A DNA stretch of 64,000 bases from a virus (Duplodnaviria; Caudoviricetes). This document shows positions 1 through 8,022 of this stretch, one piece after another. The stretch lies in the IMG/VR virus record IMGVR_UViG_3300016649_000355; one strand, written 5' to 3'. Numbering within the stretch: position 1 is the first letter of the stretch; each line of letters opens with the position of its first letter. The translations under genes were made by a program, and so were the position numbers. Below the pieces are notes generated by a model. It saw nothing but the letters and a program-made list of their open reading frames with translations. It searched no databases and was not told the origin of the DNA.

Positions 1-44
1 CCGGTCATTAAAAATGGTTCTAATTTATTTCCAACGGTTTTCAT
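1..44 (-). CDS. Probable peroxiredoxin (AhpC/TSA family), N-terminal fragment running off the window edge
   Basis: ATG at 44 with an AGGAG RBS upstream gives MKTVGNKLEPFLMTG, which resembles the N-terminus of betaproteobacterial AhpC (MKTVGDKLE.F.VTG). Only ~14 codons are visible. Confidence 0.5.
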   Translation of the reverse strand, partial: MKTVGNKLEPFLMT

Positions 45-71
45 ATCTTCTCCTTGTGTGTGAAATATAAA

Positions 72-251
72 TTATTTACTAGATTCTTTCCTGGCTTTGA
101 TATTTATAAGTATCAATGATTTTTCCTGATCACTAATTGAAGACCAAGACGATATCTCGCCTAGGGTTCTATAACAACCTATGCAGATATCGTCTTTTAG
201 TTTACATACTTTGTTGCAGGGACTCTTGATTTTTGTTTCTGTAGTCTTCAA
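72..251 (-). CDS. DUF1289 family small Cys-rich (predicted Fe-S) protein, 59 aa, absent from the ORF track
   Basis: Manual translation from TTG at 251: (M)KTTETKIKSPCNKVCKLKDDICIGCYRTLGEISSWSSISDQEKSLILINIKARKESSK*. It matches the SPCxxxC...CxGCxRTxxEIxxW signature and overlaps the iscU 3' end. Confidence 0.8.
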   Translation of the reverse strand: MKTTETKIKSPCNKVCKLKDDICIGCYRTLGEISSWSSISDQEKSLILINIKARKESSK

Positions 252-603
252 TAGCTGCTTTTATCGCATCTTCGGCGAGGATCGAACAGTGGATTTTGAC
301 TGGCGGGAGGCAGAGTTCTTCTGCGATTTGTGTGTTTCTAATTGTTGCTGCTTCGTCAAGCGACTTGCCCTTAACCCACTCCGTAACGAGACTTGAGCTA
401 GCAATCGCTGACCCGCACCCATATGTCTTAAATTTAGCATCTTCTATGATTCCTTTATCATTTACTTTGATTTGTAGTTTCATCACATCACCGCATGCGG
501 GGGCGCCGACCATTCCTGTACCCACTGACGGGTCAGATTTGTCGAGTGCTCCTACATTTCTAGGATTTTCATAGTGATCGATTACCTTGTTTGAATATGC
601 CAT
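202..603 (-). CDS. iscU: Fe-S cluster assembly scaffold IscU
   Basis: MAYSNKVIDHYENPRNVG, GAPACGD, KTYGCGSAIASSS and LPPVKIHCSILAEDA motifs, with all three Cys ligands present. Confidence 0.97.
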   Translation of the reverse strand: MAYSNKVIDHYENPRNVGALDKSDPSVGTGMVGAPACGDVMKLQIKVNDKGIIEDAKFKTYGCGSAIASSSLVTEWVKGKSLDEAATIRNTQIAEELCLPPVKIHCSILAEDAIKAAIEDYRNKNQESLQQSM

Positions 604-606
604 TCT

Positions 607-729
607 TTATTCCTTTGGTTTATTAATCATTCCAAGTACTTTTTCTTTTAAAGCTTTTGCCCACCAAGGTTCTGGAAAATGCCAACCTATAAATGCTCCC
701 AATAAAACATAGAAAACGATGTCTAGCAT
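607..729 (-). CDS. Small membrane protein, 40 aa, absent from the ORF track
   Basis: MLDIVFYVLLGAFIGWHFPEPWWAKALKEKVLGMINKPKE*, with an AGGAG RBS upstream and one hydrophobic segment. It fills the gap before iscU. Confidence 0.7.
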   Translation of the reverse strand: MLDIVFYVLLGAFIGWHFPEPWWAKALKEKVLGMINKPKE

Positions 730-750
730 GTTGATCTCCTGTTAGACTAG

Positions 751-756
751 TATTTA
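751..756 (-). promoter_or_regulatory. Putative late promoter (TAAATA) upstream of the orf40-iscU-DUF1289-AhpC run
   Basis: Minus strand reads gaaTAAATActagtctaacAGGAGatcaacATG, the same box seen before structural genes. Confidence 0.5.
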
Positions 757-1305
757 TTCGTTATCTAAGACGATCCAGCCAAGTTTTAATAAATCTTCAC
801 GGATCTCATCAGTGACGACACCTTCGGCTACATATCCTTTAGAACCTTCAATATCTCCGTTACCTATACCCTCTCCGATGCCTGAACAATACCAGTCGAT
901 GTAATCACCCTCTAGACGCATATCTGCGATGATGCCGCCCGCGTATCTCCATGAACAATGCCAAATTTCTTCTTTCAGTATAGGCAATACATCATTTCGC
1001 ATGAAATCACGATTGCACATGGCAGCATAAAGATTTTGTGCGTACTTATCGGTATTTCTTACTTTTTCACAGATCCATTCTGTTGACCGTAAATCATATT
1101 CCATATTATTTTTTTTAAAAGCATCAGTTGATTCAGTTTTACCTTTTTCTATAGGTATATTCTGATAATACTCAACCATAGCTTTAACATCTTCATCATT
1201 GTCCACGGTTCTACCCTCTTCGGCTTTATGCTCAATGTATTTTTCTAATTGAAACTTATGCCGGTCAGGGCTTTTGGATAAATCACTCATACATTGATGA
1301 TACAA
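754..1305 (-). CDS. Hypothetical phage protein
   Basis: 183-aa ORF in the same orientation as its neighbours; no motif recognised. Confidence 0.7.
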   Translation of the reverse strand: MYHQCMSDLSKSPDRHKFQLEKYIEHKAEEGRTVDNDEDVKAMVEYYQNIPIEKGKTESTDAFKKNNMEYDLRSTEWICEKVRNTDKYAQNLYAAMCNRDFMRNDVLPILKEEIWHCSWRYAGGIIADMRLEGDYIDWYCSGIGEGIGNGDIEGSKGYVAEGVVTDEIREDLLKLGWIVLDNE

Positions 1306-1321
1306 AAATATTGGCTAACTG

Positions 1322-1810
1322 TCAAGGAATAGGATTACCGTTTTCGTCTACTTCTAACCAAGTATAGTCACCTAACCATTTGATGCGACATATATACTCC
1401 CATTCTTGCGGAGGACCAGTATACCAATCATTGGGACCTAAAGTCACTAGCCTTGATATATTTTTTCTGTGGTCGAAACAAAGCCAATAGTGCTGACCAT
1501 GACATAACTGTATCTGATACTCTGCTTTATTAACAAGATCAGTTAAATCTAATCTTTTCTTGATCAATGCAGCCTGGCGTTGCAATACTTCTACTAACTC
1601 CATGATGCGATCATACTCTTGCTTGGCATGCAGCCTAGCAACATTGAGCATGATATCTTTTTGTTTGGTGACGGGCACAAGATCAAATTTGGGCCCGCCT
1701 ACCTCAGTTGGATATTGACTTACATTTCTATTGAAGAATTGTATGAGGCTATTGCCAACCGTGGCATCAAAGCTCTCTCTACCCTTCGATAGATTGCTTT
1801 TTTCATCCAT
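1322..1810 (-). CDS. Hypothetical protein, probable DUF2452 family
   Basis: The pattern LQRQAALIKKRLDLTDLVNKAEY...GQHYWL...LGPNDW recalls DUF2452. Its start overlaps the metK stop. Confidence 0.55.
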   Translation of the reverse strand: MDEKSNLSKGRESFDATVGNSLIQFFNRNVSQYPTEVGGPKFDLVPVTKQKDIMLNVARLHAKQEYDRIMELVEVLQRQAALIKKRLDLTDLVNKAEYQIQLCHGQHYWLCFDHRKNISRLVTLGPNDWYTGPPQEWEYICRIKWLGDYTWLEVDENGNPIP

Positions 1811-2910
1811 TAAAATAAGTCAACTTTTTCCCATGGAAGATATTCTTTTCCAAAATGTCCATAGTTAGTAGTAGTTCTATAAATAGGACGGAAAAGATCA
1901 AATCTATCAATGATGCCTTTGGGAGTAAGATCAACATTGTCTTGAATCCAGTTAGTCAAAAATCTACCCACTTTACTATCACTTGTCTCTACATAGAAAC
2001 TCATGGGCTGTGCGAGACCGATAGCATAACTGATCTGACAAGTAGCCCAATCTGCTTTACCGCTAGCTACGATATTTTTTGCTAGATATCGCATCATATA
2101 ACTAGCACTACGATCTACCTTAGTGGGGTCCTTACCACTGAACGCCCCGCCACCGTGAGGGCTATATCCACCGTAAGTGTCAACAATGATCTTGCGTCCT
2201 GTCAAACCCGTATCTCCATCTGGTCCACCGATGACAAATCGACCGGTGGGGTTGATAAAGAATTCTGTCTGATCGTCAACATACTTAGATGGTAATAAAT
2301 CACGGATGATCTGCTCTACATGAATTCTAACTAAATTAATATCAGAGCCTTCAGTGTGTTGTGTGCTACAAACCACCTTTGCTATTCTCACTGGACGATT
2401 ATCGTCGTCATATTCGAAAGTTACTTGACTCTTGCTATCAGGGCCCAAGAAATCAACGGTTCCGTTTTTCCTCAACTCGGCAAGTCTTTCAACGATACGA
2501 TGACTCCAATAGATCGCGTTCGGCATATATTGATCAGTTTCTTGGCATGCGTAACCAAACATCAACCCTTGATCACCTGCACCTAGAGTATCAGTACCTA
2601 ACGCGATATCAACACTTTGTCCATGCATCAAGTTTGTGAATTTTAAAGTATCCGCGTGAAACCCTTCTTGAAAATATCCTATATCCCTCACTGTTTCACG
2701 GACCCGTCTTTCAATAGCGTCCTTATCGAATTGCCCTTTATATTCACCTGCTATGATTGCTGTATTGGTCGTGACCAATGTCTCGCATGCGCATCTCACG
2801 ATGTCTCCTGTCTGTTCCATGAAATAGTCTAAAACAGTATCAGATATCGCGTCTGCCACTTTATCGGGATGTCCCTCGCTCACACTCTCACTAGTAAATA
2901 GATAGCTCAT
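1810..2910 (-). CDS. metK: S-adenosylmethionine synthetase
   Basis: FTSESVSEGHPDK, GAGDQGLMFGYA, FVIGGPDGDTGLTGRKIIVDTYGG and GGGAFSGKDPTKVDRS signatures are all intact. Confidence 0.97.
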   Translation of the reverse strand: MSYLFTSESVSEGHPDKVADAISDTVLDYFMEQTGDIVRCACETLVTTNTAIIAGEYKGQFDKDAIERRVRETVRDIGYFQEGFHADTLKFTNLMHGQSVDIALGTDTLGAGDQGLMFGYACQETDQYMPNAIYWSHRIVERLAELRKNGTVDFLGPDSKSQVTFEYDDDNRPVRIAKVVCSTQHTEGSDINLVRIHVEQIIRDLLPSKYVDDQTEFFINPTGRFVIGGPDGDTGLTGRKIIVDTYGGYSPHGGGAFSGKDPTKVDRSASYMMRYLAKNIVASGKADWATCQISYAIGLAQPMSFYVETSDSKVGRFLTNWIQDNVDLTPKGIIDRFDLFRPIYRTTTNYGHFGKEYLPWEKVDLF

Positions 2911-2929
2911 AATTTCCTTTTCTTTATGA

Positions 2930-2935
2930 TATTTA
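2930..2935 (-). promoter_or_regulatory. Putative late promoter (TAAATA) upstream of metK
   Basis: Minus strand reads gtTAAATAtcataaagaaAAGGAaattATG. Confidence 0.45.
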
Positions 2936-2947
2936 ACAGGTTATTAT

Positions 2948-3259
2948 CTACTTGAAAAATATCAATGCCATGATCATGGCTTGGATCATGAACCCTATCG
3001 AAATGGTTAGTATATTCAGTACATCTTTTTGAATAATAGATTTAAAAAACATTAATATCAAACCAGTCCATAACATCAATACGATATCCAATGCCGGAGT
3101 ATTATCAGTTAATCCTGTCATCAATGCCAATAGAGATGGAAGTGTAGCGGCGTGTAAAACGACGATGGCTAACCATCCAACCATTTCGCTACTAACTGTT
3201 TTCGCTTTATTATCAATAAAAGCTTTGATATTTTCTAAAAAATTAGACATCTTTTCCAT
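2948..3259 (-). CDS. Small multi-pass membrane protein (~103 aa)
   Basis: About three hydrophobic helices. The start is placed at ATG 3259 (MEKMSNF) rather than 3292; it overlaps the upstream hydrolase stop. Confidence 0.65.
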   Translation of the reverse strand: MEKMSNFLENIKAFIDNKAKTVSSEMVGWLAIVVLHAATLPSLLALMTGLTDNTPALDIVLMLWTGLILMFFKSIIQKDVLNILTISIGFMIQAMIMALIFFK

Positions 3260-3797
3260 TATATTTGTTCCTATAAAAAATGTGTGCGCCAATCTTTGTG
3301 ATCTTTTCTTTACTATGCCAGTTAGGATTCACATAATCTGCATGATAATATAATGCATCTTCTAAGCTGGGCAGTCTAAACCCCTCAAGATAAACCTTTT
3401 TCGCAACTTCATAACTGTCTTGATAAGCCTGTTTGTTGACTGGGCGATTTTTATGCGTAGCATCACAGTACCAACTAAATTGGCAAACTACCTTCTCAAA
3501 GACTATATTTTTTTGGTGTACTACATCACAAACATCTTTGGGAAATTTTGGATCGTTGACCCTATTCATCGTGACTTGTGCTACTGCTACCTTGCCTTCA
3601 AATGGTTCGTACCCTGCTTCCCTATAAATATTGAGAGCAATGCACTGCAAGTCTTTTTCGACCTTAGAAACAGAAATCATTTTATATCCAGTATATATGG
3701 ATGAATTAGCAAACTTATAATTCATGATCATATTGACTAGTGCGATGACTAAACACAAAGATAAAACATAATAGGTAAACTTTAAAAGTTTTTCCAT
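3243..3797 (-). CDS. Cell-wall hydrolase, SleB/Hydrolase_2 family, with an N-terminal membrane anchor
   Basis: CIALNIYREA, GKVAVAQVTMNRV, CQFSW, ALYYHADYVNPNW and IGAHIFY motifs, plus a hydrophobic N-terminus. Confidence 0.9.
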   Translation of the reverse strand: MEKLLKFTYYVLSLCLVIALVNMIMNYKFANSSIYTGYKMISVSKVEKDLQCIALNIYREAGYEPFEGKVAVAQVTMNRVNDPKFPKDVCDVVHQKNIVFEKVVCQFSWYCDATHKNRPVNKQAYQDSYEVAKKVYLEGFRLPSLEDALYYHADYVNPNWHSKEKITKIGAHIFYRNKYNGKDV

Positions 3798-3878
3798 TTT
3801 TTCTCCTTTCAGATAAAACTATCCTAAGATAGTACATGCTATCAAAATATTGATAGAAATTCTAACGAATTGGTGATA

Positions 3879-5669
3879 CTATTGTACCCAACAGTCGCAA
3901 TTGCAACGAATAACTTCGTCAATCGCTTCTTGTACTGAATAAATTGAAGGTGTGAGTGTTCCTGAGACTAGGGGGCTATTAAGATTTGGTGGCAATAAAT
4001 TTGAATATGGAGATCCAGAAAATGATTTTACAATGCTTCCACCCGCTGTATACACGGCGGGTGAACCATCCTGTGAGGGGACGCCCGGACCTGCGGGCTG
4101 CACGGGTCCAGTTAAAACAGCTTGAGCCGGGCCGAGAGGTTGTCCGTACAGCACAGCATTTAATATTGTGCCTAAAACTGTATTATCTGTTGTTGTGCCG
4201 CCTTGTCCATTAAAATTTGCATTTGTAATTCGTAAAATATTTGTAGCTGGATCTAAAAAACCAAAAGTTTCAGGAAGAACTGCTTTGGCATCGACTGAGC
4301 AATCACTGACACCTAGATTACTGGGATTGGTAAATTTTTGTTGTGAGTTAGGTACATCAATACCGTTACGGGCTCCGGGAATAGACCCATTTGCCAATAA
4401 TACTGATGCTAGTGAAGGATCTAGTGTGTCTGGTATGTTATTATCCTGATCAATTCCAAGCTCTTGTAATCTTAGTGCATTCCTAGACTCACGCATTAAT
4501 CCAATGATAGATTGCGCCCCGGGATTACAAACATCTGTTATAGCTTCCATCGTTTGTGCTGCACCATGAGGACTAGTATCCTGTGCCATGACAGGCAATG
4601 TATCTACAAAAACTTCTTGTGAAGTTGGATACAGATTAACGAATCTATCTCTGGGGGTAGGTACAGGAGGAATAGCGTTATATCTTGTTCTTTGTTCTAT
4701 TGTAAGCTGAGTACCTGCCATATCATAGTTGATGTTTAATGCCTTCGCTACATTCGGTTTACTATTGAAAATATTTTGAATTTCAGTATTGGAGTCGTCA
4801 ATATAAGATTGCACAATAGAACTCATGGTAGCTGACCATGCGCTAGCGTTAGTTACAGTATATGCAGTGTTTGTTAATCCTGTATATCCGTAGGCTGTCG
4901 GAGGTGATTGTATTCTCAAAGTAAATCCTGGGTCAGGTGGAGTTGGACTTCCTCCCGAACCGTTAGGTTGTTCTGAGGTTGCTCCTAATATAAGATTCGT
5001 AACACAACCAAATGTTCCAGGAACATTTGTACTATTAGTATCAATTACGACTGTAACGGTTGGTATAGTTCCGCCTGAGGTAGTGCCCACAATTTGTGCT
5101 GTAGGAGTGGGCGCTTCTCCTCTAGAGTATCCTTTTCCTTCAGTGGTGAGAGTAACTCCAGTAATAGTATAGTAGTAATTATAATTTCCACTGAGTGGCG
5201 GACTTTCTTCTGCTCTTGTGGTATACTGCACTGTTCCTGCTGAATTATTCCATATCACTGCTAGATAGAGTTGTTTATATATATTTTCTAAGGTAGGTGT
5301 ACTAAGGTCTTGTATACCTTTATAAATATCTTGCCAATGATATGGCAATCCACTCATGCAACCAAAAAAGTCGCTAAATGTATATGTCCCGTAAGGACCA
5401 GTACCTAAAGCAGTAAGATTTAACCCTTCATTGGCTAATGTTGTATCTACAGGTACATTAGTTCCATTTACTGAATTTAATCCTTTGGTGGTCTCCATAG
5501 AATTTACGATTTGAGCAAATTTTTCTATGGGAATAGTTGTTATGTTTCGTATCTGCTGCATTGCCGCAGAAAATGCGCCGGAAGTAATCGCTATATCTTC
5601 TGGAACTATATTTGTGAGATACGACCCGAACCCCGATCTAGCTACTTGTAAATTTAAATATTCTGCCAT
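3879..5669 (-). CDS. Hypothetical protein, possibly virion-associated
   Basis: 596-aa ORF, Thr/Gly/Pro-rich, downstream of PAAR; no family recognised. Confidence 0.65.
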   Translation of the reverse strand: MAEYLNLQVARSGFGSYLTNIVPEDIAITSGAFSAAMQQIRNITTIPIEKFAQIVNSMETTKGLNSVNGTNVPVDTTLANEGLNLTALGTGPYGTYTFSDFFGCMSGLPYHWQDIYKGIQDLSTPTLENIYKQLYLAVIWNNSAGTVQYTTRAEESPPLSGNYNYYYTITGVTLTTEGKGYSRGEAPTPTAQIVGTTSGGTIPTVTVVIDTNSTNVPGTFGCVTNLILGATSEQPNGSGGSPTPPDPGFTLRIQSPPTAYGYTGLTNTAYTVTNASAWSATMSSIVQSYIDDSNTEIQNIFNSKPNVAKALNINYDMAGTQLTIEQRTRYNAIPPVPTPRDRFVNLYPTSQEVFVDTLPVMAQDTSPHGAAQTMEAITDVCNPGAQSIIGLMRESRNALRLQELGIDQDNNIPDTLDPSLASVLLANGSIPGARNGIDVPNSQQKFTNPSNLGVSDCSVDAKAVLPETFGFLDPATNILRITNANFNGQGGTTTDNTVLGTILNAVLYGQPLGPAQAVLTGPVQPAGPGVPSQDGSPAVYTAGGSIVKSFSGSPYSNLLPPNLNSPLVSGTLTPSIYSVQEAIDEVIRCNCDCWVQ

Positions 5670-5675
5670 AATATC

Positions 5676-7163
5676 TTACTTTTGACTTAAATAATCTAAT
5701 GCATCAAAGGAAAGCTTTGTTCCGCCCCCCCCACGAACAACTTCTTGAACTTGAGGGGCTGAGGGAACTTGTGCTGCCCTCGAAAGATAGTCTTCTGCTT
5801 CTGATTGTATGTAATCTTTAAACGGAAATTCTTGCTTAATTACTTCCTGTACGATTTGCTGCACCTCTTGTGCAGTGGGTTCTGGTTCAGTGATAGGTTG
5901 TTCAATGACAGGGGGAGTAACTTGCGGTATAACAGGTTCAATTTGTGCGGCAATTGCCGGAGTAGATAACCTGCTGCTTACAAAGCTATCTTCATATATA
6001 GGATAATATGTCTTGCTGTTAGTGATTCCTGGTGTAGCGTTATATATTGGTACCGTCAATGAATAATAAGAATTTGAAAATAATTTTTTAACATTTAACA
6101 AATCTGCCAATGATTCAAGTCCCTGTGTCTTGCAATTCAACGGCACTAGGATATCAATTAAATCTTGACCTACGATTATCAGAAAAGCACCATACATTTG
6201 CTGCTCTTGTTCAGTAGTAGCCTGAATAACTCCTGAAGAAATTTCTTCAATTTCAGTGCTCCTTAATCCAGACGCTAGTAATGCTAGACTTAATGACTGC
6301 GTAAATCCGTTATTTTTTCTAAGGTTGATCAATAAATTAGATGGTAATCCAAATATTGATATGGTTGATAAATCTATCGCTTTTCCTAATGCGATAAGAT
6401 CCTGTCCAAAAGTATTCGTAGCCAAACATACATCGGTAATATCTCCAGTAATCAATGAATCCATATTACTGTATGTGCCTTCTAAGAATTCTAAGGAATT
6501 TTGCATAGCATAGATCATTTTATTTGTATATTCGATAAACGCAAATGCTTGAGTTACTGATGAAAGGTAATCACGATATTCAGGCATGTCATCCCAACCA
6601 TTGGTACCATAGTAAATACCATTCCAGTTAAACTCGTTCCATGCTTGTAATGCATAACATCTTATAAATCCCCACTGAGTAATTCCTTTGCCAGTGCCGT
6701 TATTTGACGGACCGTTTTGATATGTCCAGGGCAACCAAGCCAATGCTTGTGCGGCTGTGCTGCTTGGATCACCTGTGTTAGCAGCTTCTTTGAGATAGGT
6801 TACGGGTTTAGAATCGGGAACAGGGTCGTCATTTGGAGGGTAATTGCCCCATGTAAAAGTATTTGTCGGGCTATTACCTAAGGCAGGAATTACATTGGCT
6901 CCAATAGTTATGAGATTATTATATGTTGTACCATTTAATTTACTACCACTATTAAAAGTGCCATTAGTATACGCATCATTAATAGCATATGTTAGTAATC
7001 TCAATACTGTTTGATTTACTAATTTACCGGGTTCGTAGTTAGCATAATACTTACTACGGCCCATATAGCTTTCGGAAACAGGATTAATATTAAGTCCCTC
7101 ATCCTGTAACAAGGTGCTTAAAGCATTAACGCCTAGTGGGCTTTGTTTTCCTGAATTAGCCAT
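5676..7163 (-). CDS. Hypothetical protein, possibly virion-associated
   Basis: 495-aa ORF directly downstream of PAAR; no family recognised. Confidence 0.65.
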   Translation of the reverse strand: MANSGKQSPLGVNALSTLLQDEGLNINPVSESYMGRSKYYANYEPGKLVNQTVLRLLTYAINDAYTNGTFNSGSKLNGTTYNNLITIGANVIPALGNSPTNTFTWGNYPPNDDPVPDSKPVTYLKEAANTGDPSSTAAQALAWLPWTYQNGPSNNGTGKGITQWGFIRCYALQAWNEFNWNGIYYGTNGWDDMPEYRDYLSSVTQAFAFIEYTNKMIYAMQNSLEFLEGTYSNMDSLITGDITDVCLATNTFGQDLIALGKAIDLSTISIFGLPSNLLINLRKNNGFTQSLSLALLASGLRSTEIEEISSGVIQATTEQEQQMYGAFLIIVGQDLIDILVPLNCKTQGLESLADLLNVKKLFSNSYYSLTVPIYNATPGITNSKTYYPIYEDSFVSSRLSTPAIAAQIEPVIPQVTPPVIEQPITEPEPTAQEVQQIVQEVIKQEFPFKDYIQSEAEDYLSRAAQVPSAPQVQEVVRGGGGTKLSFDALDYLSQK

Positions 7164-7171
7164 TAGTATCC

Positions 7172-7456
7172 TTAAGGTACAAATACATCGGGACTACCTT
7201 CTACTATCTTGTGTCCACATGTATTTCCGGAACCTACTCTCAGTACAGGGTCTCCCTCACAAAAAACAGTAGGGCTACCTTCTGTAGTTTTTGCAGCTTT
7301 ATGGGGAGGATGGGGTTTTTTGCCCCAAGGAGCATGAGGGGTGATCGAGCTGACATGCAAGCCCACTTGTATGCCGTTAGCAAACACTGTTCCGGCTCCA
7401 CGAACAATCTGCCCGCCTGTTGTATTTTTATCACCCTTCCTGCTTAAATTTGGCAT
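7172..7456 (-). CDS. PAAR-domain spike tip protein (T4 gp5.4-like)
   Basis: 94 aa: LSRKGD..TTGG....G..TVFANG, His/Cys metal ligands, GSPTVFCEG.PVLRVG...CGH...GSPDVF. Confidence 0.9.
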   Translation of the reverse strand: MPNLSRKGDKNTTGGQIVRGAGTVFANGIQVGLHVSSITPHAPWGKKPHPPHKAAKTTEGSPTVFCEGDPVLRVGSGNTCGHKIVEGSPDVFVP

Positions 7457-7457
7457 A

Positions 7458-7763
7458 TTATCCCATTACAATTTTTTTATCAGGAACTTTTATTCCTGTT
7501 GTTACTTCCAGATATTTAACTTTAACACTATCATCGGTTTCGCCCATGAGTGCAATACTATTTGTATTTAGCTTGATTTCACCCTTAGGATTTGCAGTGA
7601 ACATGCTAGGCACTAGCCCCATTCCTTGAGGTCCGGGTGCGATTGATACCGGTTCTTGAATAACCACATAGGTATCAGTGATAGATAAAACTTTTGATAC
7701 CAATTCTTCACCTGAATTTAATTTGAATGTGTAAACCTGATTTTCTTTGATAGTGTTTTTCAT
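7458..7763 (-). CDS. Hypothetical protein, Sm-like beta-barrel common in T4-like phages
   Basis: TFKLNSGEELVSKV...VIQEPVSI pattern, 101 aa. Confidence 0.55.
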   Translation of the reverse strand: MKNTIKENQVYTFKLNSGEELVSKVLSITDTYVVIQEPVSIAPGPQGMGLVPSMFTANPKGEIKLNTNSIALMGETDDSVKVKYLEVTTGIKVPDKKIVMG

Positions 7764-7780
7764 TTATTTCCTTAGTTAAA

Positions 7781-8011
7781 TTATGCTGCTTTTGATAAAA
7801 GTTGTTTTAATTCAGTAAATCCACCCACATAACTTTCATCTAAAAATATTTGTGGTACGGTTCGTGCAGTAGGGACAGCCTCAAGCAATTCTTCTTTAGA
7901 CCATCCGTCTCCTATTTTTCTTTCTTCGAACTCTATTCCCTTTGATTCTAAAAGTGATCTTGCTTGATCACAGTAAGAACAATTATACTTACTCCACATG
8001 ATTGCTTTCAT
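7781..8011 (-). CDS. Glutaredoxin (Grx3-like), RNR electron donor
   Basis: CSYC active site, TVPQIF and YVGGF motifs; adjacent to nrdB. Confidence 0.93.
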   Translation of the reverse strand: MKAIMWSKYNCSYCDQARSLLESKGIEFEERKIGDGWSKEELLEAVPTARTVPQIFLDESYVGGFTELKQLLSKAA

Positions 8012-8022
8012 AGATTTTCTCC

